A stretch of 64,000 nt of DNA, from positions 513,298,001 to 513,362,000 of the forward strand of contig CM097882.1 in assembly GCA_044892505.1 (NCBI GenBank). Reading direction: 5' to 3'. Both the position numbers and the translations under genes were made by a program. Each line of letters opens with the position of its first letter. Position 1 is the stretch's first letter. This stretch comes from Schmidtea nova. Taxonomy: Eukaryota. The notes beneath the pieces were generated by a model. That model was given only the letters and a program-made list of their open reading frames with translations. It did not search any database and had not been told where the DNA came from. Of the stretch, positions 23,919-36,115 are shown one piece after another.

Positions 23919-24164
23919 TTAATTTAGCAAAACATCTGTATTGATAACGTTAAGGAGCTGTTTTTCTGTTAGTCCACTCAGCAAATCAACCTCGATTCCG
24001 ATTCTTTCTGCATACGCCCTCCTTTCTCGGCGTCGTTTCGCACCTAAGTGATTCTTCCGCTTTGTGCGTGCTGACCCTTCCGGTTTAGGGATCGTGTTTG
24101 GAATTTCCACAATAGGAGCAAGGATTTCCTCCGTCTGAGTTCCGCTAGTTATAGTTGTTGACAT
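23919..24164 (-). CDS. Small basic hypothetical protein (possibly extended by an upstream exon)
   Basis: 81-aa ORF with RTKRKNHLGAKRRRERR; a candidate 44-nt GT-AG intron at 24169-24212 keeps an upstream frame open. No recognised family. Confidence 0.3.
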   Translation of the reverse strand: MSTTITSGTQTEEILAPIVEIPNTIPKPEGSARTKRKNHLGAKRRRERRAYAERIGIEVDLLSGLTEKQLLNVINTDVLLN

Positions 24165-24635
24165 TACCCTAACTTTGACATTTAATACTTGATTGGTTTT
24201 GGACTATGGTACCTCAGGTATGTCCTTCCTTTCAATGATATTATCATACATATTCTCATCATGCGCCATCTCTTCATGTGTACCCTTCCCGCATTTGTTA
24301 GACTAACTACTCGCCGCATCAGCCCTCACCCGAAGGTATTGCACTGAGAGGCCCAAAATCTCGGCAGATCTAACGACCTTCAGGACATCTTATGCATTTT
24401 ATAATCATGAGGGTTTAAAACAAAACAAACTACAATACTTTATACCTTTTATTCTTGTTCGATTTCACTGATACAAAGTTTTCCGATAAGTAGTTGTCAC
24501 GAGTAAGATGACAGTTCACTATTAAAAATGACATTTTCTCACTGAGTTTGGCTGCCGTATATATACTTATTTTTGTTGATGGCCAGCCAATCAGTATTCA
24601 GCATGCATGCGAGAACAGTAAGCATTTTAGTTTTA

Positions 24636-25077
24636 ATGCTTATCTTTATGTACTTAATTCGGTAAGTTTTATGTTTATCCACCCTTGAATCTTTTGTTAT
24701 ATTCAGTTTATTTTAGATTTTTATGTTCTACTCGGGCTGTCCACCCACTCGTTGTCAATTTTGAGTGGCTTGCTCTATTGTGCCATTTTTCTTTGCGTTC
24801 TTCGTGAGTAAGTTTTGATTGTTATTATTCATTTTAATTCATTATTCATCTCTTTCAGGCTTTGCTGCGTACTCATGATACTTGATGAATTGTCTGTGTT
24901 TGGTTAGTTATTTTATTATTTTCTTTATTAATTTTCTGTGTTTATTTTATTTCTATTCTAGATTATTTGCGATTCGTCGGGCCCAACACTACGAAAGTTT
25001 CTATTGGATTTACCTCAATATCAAATAACTTTATAAATAAACACAAAATTGTTTATGATGAGTGTCGATCAAATTAA
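24636..25077 (+). other. Predicted 4-exon spliced unit (24636-24661, 24717-24803, 24859-24902, 24962-25077)
   Basis: Three introns of 55, 55 and 59 nt with GTAAGT, GTGAGT and GTTAGT donors and pyrimidine-rich AG acceptors; TATA- and CCAAT-like motifs upstream; splicing gives a 90-aa ORF. Confidence 0.5.
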
Positions 25078-25357
25078 ATGGGTTAGTAATCTGTCCACCC
25101 GTCAAATAATTCCATGGGACTGAGGGGAGTCGGTTGGGTTGCTTACTTCCGCTGGCTAGATAACATATCGACCTATTTTATCGAACTCTTCTAACGGTAC
25201 ATCTCCTGTGAATCTGACCTATTAATATAAATCCTTGCAATATTTCATCAATAAAGTCTATAGTTAATTATTGATATTCTCCATCTGATTTCTAGGATCG
25301 CGAATTAGGATTTTTCGTTATTTGTGGTGTGTATGTTGATCTTATATTTATTTAGAC

Positions 25358-27725
25358 CAAGGATGCACAGATATTTCAGTATGTGTGCCACATTTTGTAA
25401 TAATACATTCTATGAGGGCCACATTTTGAAAAAACACCTAATCTGTAAAATTTTAAATTATAACACGGTTTCTATATACAAAAAATGCATTTTAATTTAG
25501 TTGAAATAATTAATTTTATTTTTTATTTGGAGCAATATGACATTGTTTTTTATTAACAATTTTTAAAATATTTGGTGTCAAGTTTATTGTTGCCAAACAT
25601 AGTATTGAATGTAAATTATCATTTGAAAGGTGGTTACGTTTCTTCGACTTGTTCATGTTCATAACAGAGAACGTTTGTTCGCATACGTATGTTGAACCAA
25701 ATAAAGATGCAATGTATCCTACCTTTTGAATTAAATTTGGATATGACACTTTTTATAAACATTTATAGAAATTTTGAAGATCGCTTTCCTTAAATTTATT
25801 ACGAAGGTGATCAGATGACTGCAAATCGATGAGTTCTAATTGGATATCTTGATTAACTTAATCGACATTAACTGAAAACGGATCAGCAAATAGCTGGAAA
25901 TCACTTTTCATTTTTTTGAAATCAGCAAATCTTGATTCAAAAACATTTTTCAGTAACTGAATTTTACTTACGTAAAAATCATAATCCGCGGAGTGTCGCG
26001 CAAAATATTTTTGACATGTTGGAAAATGATGCAAAATTTTATCCGTTAGATTTTTTTGGAATAAAGTTAATTTGTTTTCAAATGATTCCACGTGGTTTGC
26101 CATTTCTGAAATAAATTGATATTTGCCCTGCAACTTTAAATTGAGAATATTTAGATGCATGGTTATATCCACAAGAAATGCAAAATCGCAAAGCCACCTG
26201 TCATTAGAAAGCTCTCGAAAAGGCTTTATCATTTAGAAATATTTCAATTTCTTCCAAAAAATCAGAAAATCTTTGTAATGTTTTTTCGCGGCTTAACCAT
26301 CTGACCTCACAATAATAAATGAGGTCATGGTACTCAGCTTCTATTTCTTCAAGAAAAGATTTGAACTGTCGGTGGTTGAGACCTCTATATTTTATGAAAT
26401 TTACTGCTGATACAACTACCTTCATTACATGATCGAATCCTAAGTCTTTTCCACAAAGATTTTGTTGATGTATAATGCAATGGAATCGAAAAATTCTAAG
26501 TTTCGATTACCAAGACTATTCTTCAGCAATGATACCATACCATTGTTTGCACCAATCATGAAAGCTGCACCATCTGTAGTAATACCAGCAAGTTTTTTAA
26601 AATCAAGGCCAGCCTTTTCACATTCGTTTAGTAAATTCGTCAGCAAATCACTTCCAGTCATACGGTCTTTTAATGAACTTACCGCAGAAAATTCTTCATA
26701 AATTTCAAAATTATTATTTACACTACGGAAAAATATCATCAATTGTGCCGTTGAAGAAATATCGGTTGACTCATCAATAGCCAGAGAAAAATATCTAATA
26801 TCTTCAGTTTTTTCTTTGAACTGATAAAAGATGTCATCAGCCATTTCAACCACATGACGCTGAACTGTTGTCCTGCTCAAAGATATATTTTCAACCTTTT
26901 TTGTTATTTCAGGAGCAATTAATCTTCAATAGCAATTAATCTTTTCTTCCCGTGATATGCCCACAATATTCTCATATTCCGGATGTGTTGTAATATGGTG
27001 CCTCTTTATGTTAAACTCCTTCATACAATTTATCTTTATTTGACAAATCAAGCATATGACTTTATTATTGTGTTCGAACACAAAATATTTATCAGTCCAA
27101 CAATTATTAAATTTCCTGTTTTTGGATTCCAATTTTCATTTGATTGCAATCATTCTCTTGCAGGGCTAATAGTAATTAGCATTTATAAAACTTAGTTAAT
27201 TAAAAAATATATAAAATAAAAACTTACATACTTATTGTAATTACCACCCCACAGAAAATTAGAAGGCATTATTTTTTAATTTTATATTATAAAATTTTTA
27301 ACTAGCTGTTTATGTTGCGAAGATTTTTTGAATTCTAGCTTGGTACAAACAAATATATACAAAACAAATACTTTGTAGTTAGAACTTTTATTAAATTTGT
27401 GCAATTTTTATTAAATCTGTGCAATTTATATTAAATCTGTAATATTGAAAAACACAACATTTTCGAAAAGTTTCTTGAAGATAACCAAACAAAAAATCGT
27501 TATATGTATTGAAATCACCCAGCAGAATAATTTTTAGTGTAATAAAAAAGTGCTGCCATTTCTAATTTTTTAGGGCACTTACAATTTCTAAAAACTGAAA
27601 ATGTATTTTCTAGTGCTGCAATTTCTGAAAGTGTAGGCATTTTTAAAAATAAATATACACGAGGGCCGCACAAATTGTTCAAAAGGGCCGCATGTGGCCC
27701 GCGGGCCGCACTTTGTGCATCCGTG
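25358..27725 (-). mobile_element. Full-length decayed Buster/SPIN-like hAT element (2,368 bp)
   Basis: TIR CA(A/C)GGATGCACA, TSD ATTTAGAC on both sides; transposase pieces CLIC..HH, FSLAIDESTD, ITTDGA, YYCEVRWLSR, FGSTYVCEQTFS broken by stops and frameshifts. Confidence 0.92.
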
Positions 27726-28124
27726 ATTTAGACTTATTGTGTAATATTTTAGTTTTATTATTTTCATTATTTTGCCATCTTCCAACATGTAGATCATTAT
27801 TTTTCCGCAAAAAGCTTAAAAATAAATTCTTTAATTAAATGTGGTTAGTTTAACGTGATATGAAAACATAAGATATGCATAATCCATTCATAAATATTGC
27901 TACACTCAAACAACCATAATATGTGCACATACACATATAGGCCGTAAGTACACACATTGCATTGCATTGTTAGATTTGTAGTTGCAATTATTATTTATTG
28001 TCACATGCATCAATAATTGATTGGATGAAATTTAAATTTTCGATTATAGGATATTAATAGATATTTATGATCAATCTTGTATGACTGAGATTTATCAAAT
28101 ATTTTTTCAAACACTTATCAAAGG

Positions 28125-29312
28125 ATGATTCACAAAATTGGGAGTTTTCTCAATAGAAGTTTATGGATTAAATTACAAATCAAAAGCCATTTTCACTATT
28201 ATCCTTTAAATGCATGGATGTCGAATCTTCCAGACAGTTTGACAACATTACCCCTGAATTGGATAGCTATTCCAGGTAAAGTTATTGTTACGATTTTAGA
28301 ATTTTCTTTTTGATTTAGGAAGCCATGACTCATTTACCTATAGCATAACTTCCAGTTCACAAGTAGCTCCCGATGCTGAAGATATAATAAAGAATTTGAC
28401 TCGTTTATTTGGTAGTTTAGCAAAAACCGTAATTGCTCGTTGGGCGAAAACACAAGATCTAGACCCAAATGGACAACTAAATGCTGGCATTAGATACTTT
28501 GATATTCGTGCTGCAATCAACAAGTCTGACAATAAGGATATTTATTCTTGTCACAGTCTGTTTGCTGGACCAATCAAAAATGATTTAATAAGTATAAGGA
28601 AATTCCTCGATTCTTACGAAAGAGAAGTCGTTCTATTAGATCTGAAAAACTTTTATGGATTCACCAAGCATGACCATTACAAATTGGCAAATATCCTCGA
28701 AACAGTTACCTGATTTTGATTTTCAAGTAAATCTTTAATATTTTTCTTAATTCTTTTTAGATATTTTCTTACAAATTGGCACCTTATTCGGAATTAATTC
28801 CCAGCCTCAATGATATGTGGAAATCGAACCATCAAGTTATAGTGTTCTATCACTGTGATAATATCCACAAGCCGTTTTTATGGCCCGGCTATATGATACC
28901 GTCACCTTGGCCTCAGACAGATAATCTTGGGAAAATGTTACACTTCCTTTCGGATAATTATAAGTAAAATTGAAAATAAAATGAAAAGAATATTTTATAA
29001 AACGCCTATATCAATAGGGAAGGTCATTTTCAAGACTATTTCTACATTAATCAAGGAATATTGACTCCAACGCCAGCAGCCTACCTGATACACATGATGA
29101 AATCTCTCAAATCTATAAATGCTAGAAAAGCCACTCCAGCTTTCGGGAAATGGTTGGAAGACAAAGAAATTGGAAAAGGCAAAATTAATTGCTCAATAGT
29201 CGATTTTGCAGACAGTTTTGATTATGTCCCATCTGTGCTAAGGCTCAACTTCAATCATGCAAGTCAAATTAATTTTTATTTGAAGGGACATGATAACATT
29301 TACATACATTAA
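28125..29312 (+). CDS. PLCXD: PI-PLC X domain-containing protein (PLCXD family), 4 exons: 28125-28275, 28319-28704, 28761-28963, 29018-29312; ~344 aa
   Basis: WMSNLP..LAIP-like start, GSHDSF, QLNAGIRYFDIR, HSLF, EVVLLD, QVIVFY, NQGILTP, IVDF. Introns of 43, 56 and 54 nt restore one open frame. The start codon and the weak intron-2 donor (GTTACC) are inferred. Confidence 0.88.
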
Positions 29313-29659
29313 CAAATTGCATTCATACTTTGTCTAAAATGCATACAAATTTCATATCGAAATACATTCTAGTAAGTAGTGATATTTGAGCCCTTTGGAA
29401 TTATAAATTTCATAAATAAATGAAAATTACTGAAATAAAAACGAAAAGATCAAAGGTTAACGAAAGTGATTTTATTTTATATATTTATTATTTTATTAAT
29501 TTTATTAATTGATTTTATAAAAGTTAATAATTAAAATTAGTTTGCAATTATATAATTACCATTCGTCGTACTTGACTTTTGTATTACTAATATTTAAAAG
29601 TAATTTAATATTGAAAATAAATTTAATCGGCAAATTCTAATCTGGTTTTTTATTATTTA

Positions 29660-31056
29660 CGTGGTGCGCCCAATACGTATATAGACTGGACAAGAAATAA
29701 TCAACCGATTTTATTAAAACTTTTTGCAAAAAACAAGCAACATGGAAAGGTTTATGTCGCAGTGTAAAATCCGCCTACTTCCATAAATTTTCATCATCGT
29801 GACATCAAGTCTAAAATGCCTTTTTATTCGAAGGTTTTGAAGCATGAAGTCACCAAATCCGTGACGTTCTGCTGCAAATCACTGGTACAGTTAAAGAATT
29901 TTCCTTTCAAATCCTTCTTCGGTTGTCATAAGAGGTGAAAGTCGCAAGGAGCAAGGTAGGGACAGTATGGTGGGTTAGGCACTAGTGACAATCTACACGA
30001 GTCAATTGTTGTTGTCAAATTGGTTTGGAGTATTGTCGTTCAATAGCCAGGTCACTTTTTTTTCTTTCTTCCGCCGCTTTCTTTTTACTTCCTTTACCAG
30101 TTGTACGAAATAGTGGCTGTTGATTTTGACATGTGATGCAGCGAAATCCATTTTGAGAAAGGCTTTCACTCATTTCATATCCAAAAAGATTGTGAACATC
30201 AGACATTTCTTGTCAGATATGCTAGTTCTCATTTTCAGTGATGTTTTCTCCCCTTGCATTTTCCATTTGGCAGATTCACGTTTATTTTCAGGTAGATATA
30301 GGCTCAGTCAGTAATACACCCAGGGGGCTCAACTTCATAAAAAAACTTGTGGATCGAGTTAATTTTAAATATATCATTTTAGGTATATTAAAGCCCACGA
30401 CACCCTCTTGATGCACGCCTATGATCAGAGGTGTCTCATTTTTTTCCATTGTGTGCTTCAGAAAGACATGGCCAAATTTTTCAAAGATTTCCAAGTTTTC
30501 CTGACAACATTTAAATCACCTTCTTTGCATGACTCCCGTAAAAAATTGTGAGAAAAATCGTAAACACAGTTTTCTGATGACCATCTCATTCAACAAGTTG
30601 TGCAACATAATTGTCTCTCCGGTCTCTTGTTACAATGTGACAGTCTGTCATGTTTATTTCCCAGCATTTCTTTCTTCTGATTTATAACTTCCGCAAGTCT
30701 GTCAGACTTTTTCAAATTTAAAAAACAGTGCGTCCACTTTTAAAATCACGAATAAAGTTGTAAATGGTTGCTTTACAAGAACACTCACTCTTGTTAACAT
30801 CCTACCATTGTGCAATAATTTCGTGCCTGCTAATTTTCTTCAAAAGCAGAAAATTTATAACGCTTCAAAATTAAACATTTCCTGATATTAACTGACGCAA
30901 TAATGAAACAGAACTATTTTTTCCAAGCAAAAATAGCTTAGCAAAACAAAAACACTTTTCATTACCTATACATATTTAAGTATAATCGCCTGCAATATCT
31001 ATTTTATAAAGTAATTATTTTTTTATCAATTCTAAGTAATTATTGGGCACACCACG
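29660..31056 (-). mobile_element. Decayed mariner-family element (1,397 bp)
   Basis: TA flanks, TIR CGTGGTG(C/T)GCCCAATA; minus-strand remnants TIYNFIRDFKSGR (HTH), LLNDN and PPYCPYLAPCDFHL (YSPDLAP-D-like motif). Confidence 0.82.
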
Positions 31057-31105
31057 TAAATAATATTTTATTAATGCTACTACGAAGAAACCACAATTTT
31101 ATATT

Positions 31106-31136
<31 letters not shown>

Positions 31137-31560
31137 TTAGATGTAATATGAAAAATCACGCGATGTACCGCAATAATATAAATTATCTCCGAGGACATGA
31201 ATTACATATTAAAAATATTATTATATGTTAACTAGTAAATCAAAAAAAAATTCTTTTTTCAAATCCATGCTTTATGCGAGCAGAACTCCACTTGGCTGAG
31301 AAATTTTTTTTTGTTATATTTTGTAGAAGGGAAAATTATATTACATTTTTCGTGTGTCCTCAAAAAAAATTTTTAAAAAAAAATTTGTTTTTCAAATTTT
31401 TATATTAAAAGTTAAATTAATTAAATAAAAAAGCATTAAAAAAATTAAAAAAAAATTTCACTTGAGATGATTCGAACAATAATTTATATTACATTTACAC
31501 GCAAAATTTCTCGGAAGACACCAACACATTTACCTCTCTTCCATTGTTAAATGTATGGGG

Positions 31561-31939
31561 AAATTCAAATTGTTATTTAGTTAACTTAATTAACTTTTTT
31601 TGGTCAAATTTATCAATTTCCATGTATTGTCACCGGAAGTGAGCAAGTGTGCAAAATTTGAAGTGAATCGGTTGAGAGAAAAGCACTAAAAAATTGATTT
31701 GTAATTTTGTGGCACACACATATATATATAGAAAGCAACCTTATATAAAGCAAATTCAAATTGTTATTTAGTTAACTTAATTAACTTTTTTTGGTCAAAT
31801 TTATCAATATCCATGTATTGTCACCGGAAGTGAGCAAGTGTGCAAAATTTGAAGTGAATCGGTTGAGAGAAAAGCACTAAAAATTGATTTGTAATTTTGT
31901 GGCACACACATATATATAGAAAGCAACCTTATATAAAGC
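31561..31939. repeat. Two tandem copies of a ~190-bp unit (31561-31751, 31752-31939)
   Basis: Near-identical copies containing GTGCAAAATTTGAAGTGAATCGG and a CA/TA microsatellite; resembles non-autonomous Helitron-type interspersed repeats (unverified). Confidence 0.7.
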
Positions 31940-32314
31940 ATGGAAAAATACTCCGTTACTGACAAACATTAAAAATTATATATTTTTATTTATTTAAAAA
32001 AACAATTAATAATTAAATTTATTTATATATTACTCAAAAATATTAAGTAATACCAAGTTATTTAAAAATAAAAAATTAAAATTAAAGTCATGGACGTACA
32101 ACAGTAATTTTATAATGTGATTATTTAAAATAAAAATATAAAATATTTATTGTTTGTCGATAGAGGAGTATTTTTAAAATATAATAATATAAGTAAGATA
32201 TAATTCCTGATCTATGAGAGATGTTGTAGTGCCTCCGTTATTTATATATTAGTATCATATTTTTTATATATAGAAATTCAAGTAAAAATTAAGAAAAATA
32301 ATTAAATATTATAT

Positions 32315-32377
<63 letters not shown>

Positions 32378-32380
<3 letters not shown>

Positions 32381-33786
32381 GGTTTGTCACCATATTTTGA
32401 CATTATGCATATCAATTTTGACAAAATATTAAATAATTATAAAATATCAATTTACCAAAATATTTGTCACTACATTTTGACAATATGTCTTTCAATGTTG
32501 ACTTTTATTACATCAATTTTGACAAATTAAAAATACATATCATAAAGGGTATAAAGTACGCTTAAAATTTATTCATCAATAATAGGAATCTTATTTATGC
32601 ACCTGGGGAGAAACCCAACCATATGCATAAAATAACTTGTGCAATCAACAATGCTAATTATTCGCGACCCATTTAAAATCTCTTCATTTAACACCTTTTC
32701 CGTATTACATCTTCTTTGCCTAATATATTCCTTCCACTGAGAGAACATGTTCTCTATTGGATTCAAAAAGGGTGAATATGGCGGAAGGAATACAATTCTG
32801 TGCCCACTAGACTCAATCAATCTTCTGATGCTACCGGCTTTATGAAATGGGACGTTGTCCATTATCAAAACAACGTTTTCAAGATTCCTTTCTGCTAGTT
32901 TTGCAATTGTATTTTCGATAAAAGTATAAAAATAATCCGTATTGAACGCACGATCTTGCGTTGAAAAGTTAAAAATCCCATTCTTTGACATGCAGCAGCA
33001 CGTTGAAAAATTCCTCGTACGAAGACCCGGAACAACATGGACAGCCCGGGTACCTTTTGGGGATCGGCCACGCCTTGTTCTCATCGACAAGCTGAATCCT
33101 ACCTCATCAATAAAGAATAACTTTGATTCTTCGACTGTAGCCATTAAACCCAAAAATAAATTAGCGTATTCCGCCCTCGCGTTTAGGGACTCTTCATCGT
33201 TCCTACGTGCGGGCTGCAAGGTCACACGCTTGAAGAAATAACAAAATGACTGCAAACATCTGTCTATCGTCTTTTGACAGACGGTAATTCCAAATGTCTC
33301 GGAAACCATTTCAACCAATCTTTTTAAAGTCAGGCCACAATTCTCGTCAACCCATGCTTTAATCTGATTTTTAATGGTATCATTAAGTGACTGGCGCCTA
33401 ATACCGCCTTTCTGCTTTCTGTCAGTTCTTCCCTCATTCAAGAAAACTCGTACAATCTCGTGAATGGTTGTTCGGTTCACTCCGAAAATACTAGCTATGT
33501 TTGCGATGGTATTGCCTTGATTATAGGCTTCGATAACACGCCTTCTATCAGCATTTGTTAGATTGTTGGTTGTCATGGGTCGCTAAATTTTGTAATTCAA
33601 ACAGTATTAAATGATGATTGATTTACAATAGTATATATTTGTCAAAATTGATGTAATAAAAGTCAACATTGAAAGACATATTGTCAAAATGTAGTGACAA
33701 ATATTTTGGTAAATTGATATTTTATAATTATTTAATATTTTGTCAAAATTGATGTGCATAATGTCAAAATATGGTGACAAACCCTG
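32378..33786 (-). mobile_element. Intact Tc1/IS630-like DNA transposon (1,409 bp) in a (TA)n tract
   Basis: 150-bp TIRs (32378-32527, 33637-33786) with one visible mismatch; starts CAGGG; TA flanks. Confidence 0.95.
32569..33576 (-). CDS. DD34E transposase, 335 aa, uninterrupted
   Basis: N-terminal HTH domains; FIDE, MDN and LPPYSPFLNPIE with 34 residues between the second D and the E. Confidence 0.93.
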   Translation of the reverse strand: MTTNNLTNADRRRVIEAYNQGNTIANIASIFGVNRTTIHEIVRVFLNEGRTDRKQKGGIRRQSLNDTIKNQIKAWVDENCGLTLKRLVEMVSETFGITVCQKTIDRCLQSFCYFFKRVTLQPARRNDEESLNARAEYANLFLGLMATVEESKLFFIDEVGFSLSMRTRRGRSPKGTRAVHVVPGLRTRNFSTCCCMSKNGIFNFSTQDRAFNTDYFYTFIENTIAKLAERNLENVVLIMDNVPFHKAGSIRRLIESSGHRIVFLPPYSPFLNPIENMFSQWKEYIRQRRCNTEKVLNEEILNGSRIISIVDCTSYFMHMVGFLPRCINKIPIIDE

Positions 33787-33893
33787 TATATATATATATT
33801 ATTATTATTATTATTATCAATAATTCTCATAATGACTAGATCAAATTTTTTTTTATAAACAATAACACAATATTTCGGCACAGCCTTTATCAA

Positions 33894-33935
<42 letters not shown>

Positions 33936-34539
33936 ATAGGGTAAACTCGGCTTTCTCTGTGACACGGCTAAATTCGTGATATCAAAGTAAAAATGCACCA
34001 TTGAGGTTTACATACTGTTTTATGTAAATGTTTATCCATCAAACTATTAGATTAAACTATTCCGTAGCCTAAGGGACTTGCTTCTTCCATTTATATATAA
34101 TAGATATTAATTTGTGTAGAATCTTTACAATTTTGCTTGTTAATATAACTTTTTTTGTTAATATAATGTATTTTTTTAAAGTATTGAATTCAAATGCTAG
34201 TATTCTACGAAAATATTGACATTTAATTTATTAAAAATATGTTTCTAATAACATAATAAACATTTATTAAAAATTTAAACCCAACAAATGGCTCCCAGGA
34301 AGAATCACGAAGTTACACAAAAAGAACATGGTTGGTTTAAACGTTTATAATTTTGAACTCACAAACAGATTTCAAAATTTGAAATGATAAATTAGTAGAC
34401 GAAACATATACCGGGACATACATAGTTGTCAGATATCTATGGTTTCTTTTAAATTATTAAGAGAATTCCTTAATATCACGAACAATACCAAGAACGATAC
34501 TTTTTTCTCTTTTCAAACTTAGAACAAGCAAGCAAGAAA

Positions 34540-34750
34540 ATACAAAATCTAAATCGACAATTTTCAAAAAAATACAATTCTAAATCAGCAGTTTCAGAAA
34601 ATACAATTCTAAATCAACAATTACAGAAATACAATTCTAAATCAACAATTACAGAAATACCATTCTAAATCAGCAGTTTCAAAAAATACAATTCTAAATC
34701 AACAATTCCAGAAAATACAAATCTAAATCTACTATTCCAAAAAATTCAAA
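34540..34750. repeat. ~28-29-bp minisatellite
   Basis: About 7 degenerate copies of AAATACAATTCTAAATCAACAATTACAG. Confidence 0.75.
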
Positions 34751-34940
34751 TCATAACTACTCTTTCAGTAATTCGAAGCAACAACGACCCTTTGGAATTA
34801 AATAAATGTTTATGTATTTTTTAGTGTAGTGCCTTAGATAAAATTTTCAATCTTTTAAATTAATTAATTATTAAATGGATTAAATTAGATGTTGTTTTAA
34901 TATTTACATATTTTCACTTTTTTCACGCTGATCAAAAAAA

Positions 34941-35465
34941 ATGCAAGCTGTTAACAATGATTCGATATGCCAATTCACTCAAGACATTCACAGCGACTCG
35001 TTTTCATCAAATGACAACAATTATCAGTTCTACTCTAGTGGAGATTGTGTAGTCGATATTCAAAGAAGAAACAATTGCCAGTTCCGTAGATTGCAGAAAT
35101 GTTTCGCTGCTGGAATGCGTAAAGAAGCCGTACAAACTGGAAGATGCTTGTCAACAACTGGATCAATATTAATATACTATCCAGACAAATCTGAAATGTA
35201 TAACTCAAAAAATCTACAAACCAATACATTGGATCACAATCAATCTCGATTAAACGATTATTCGCCAGCACCAGAAATCAATCAATACGGACTGTCATGG
35301 AGCTTGCTCATTTCAACTCTTGTTATCATCGGTCAGGATTTCCGGTTGCCAAAGACCAACTTGTCAATTGGAGATCAATTTCTATTAATAAAATCTTATT
35401 TGCTGTTAGCATTCCTAAATTTAGTTTATTTGATTTTTATTTCAGTAGCTAAAAATGTAATTTAA
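34941..35465 (+). pseudogene. Nuclear hormone receptor fragment (second zinc finger, hinge, start of LBD)
   Basis: GDCVVDIQRRNNCQFRRLQKCFAAGMRKEAVQ matches the NR D-box/T-box with at least one Cys lost; NLSIGDQFLLIK resembles the LBD signature. The first zinc finger is absent. Confidence 0.7.
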
Positions 35466-36115
35466 ATTTTGTCGGTACATCACGTGATTTTTAAACTTTG
35501 ATTGCTAGTCATTATATAATTTTGCCATTGTACTTATTTGTAACTTTTATTATTATTAATTATTGTCATTATTTTGAATTTAAATGTAAATAAAAATATA
35601 AAATTGTCATTGTTTATAGATAACGGAGTATTTTTAAAATATCATAAAATACTTAAGATATAATTCCTGATATATGAAGAACATAATTTAGTACATAAGT
35701 ACATTTAATACATCATTTTTAATAAGTCAGTACATCACGTGATTTTTTACGGGTTACAGCTTGTAAATACATTATAATATAATGAATAAATTAAAATAAA
35801 TAAATATATCAATGTAAATATTAAAAGATAAAAGTTATAAATTAGAATAAACAATTTGAAATATTTATTAACTACTGTATTTTCATTAATAAAAGGAGTA
35901 TTTTTAAATAATTGTCTGAAGGTCTCATATATCACTACTTTAGATGTTTATGTGCTATATCGAAAAGTCATAAAGAAATCAGCACAAGAATATAAAGTAA
36001 TTAACATCAAAGTTAAAGGTAATTATGCAGAATCAAAATATATAATTATGCTAAACTTTTTGTAATGAAGACCTTTGGGTTATTAGTAAATTATCGAGGT
36101 CCAACAATATTTTAA

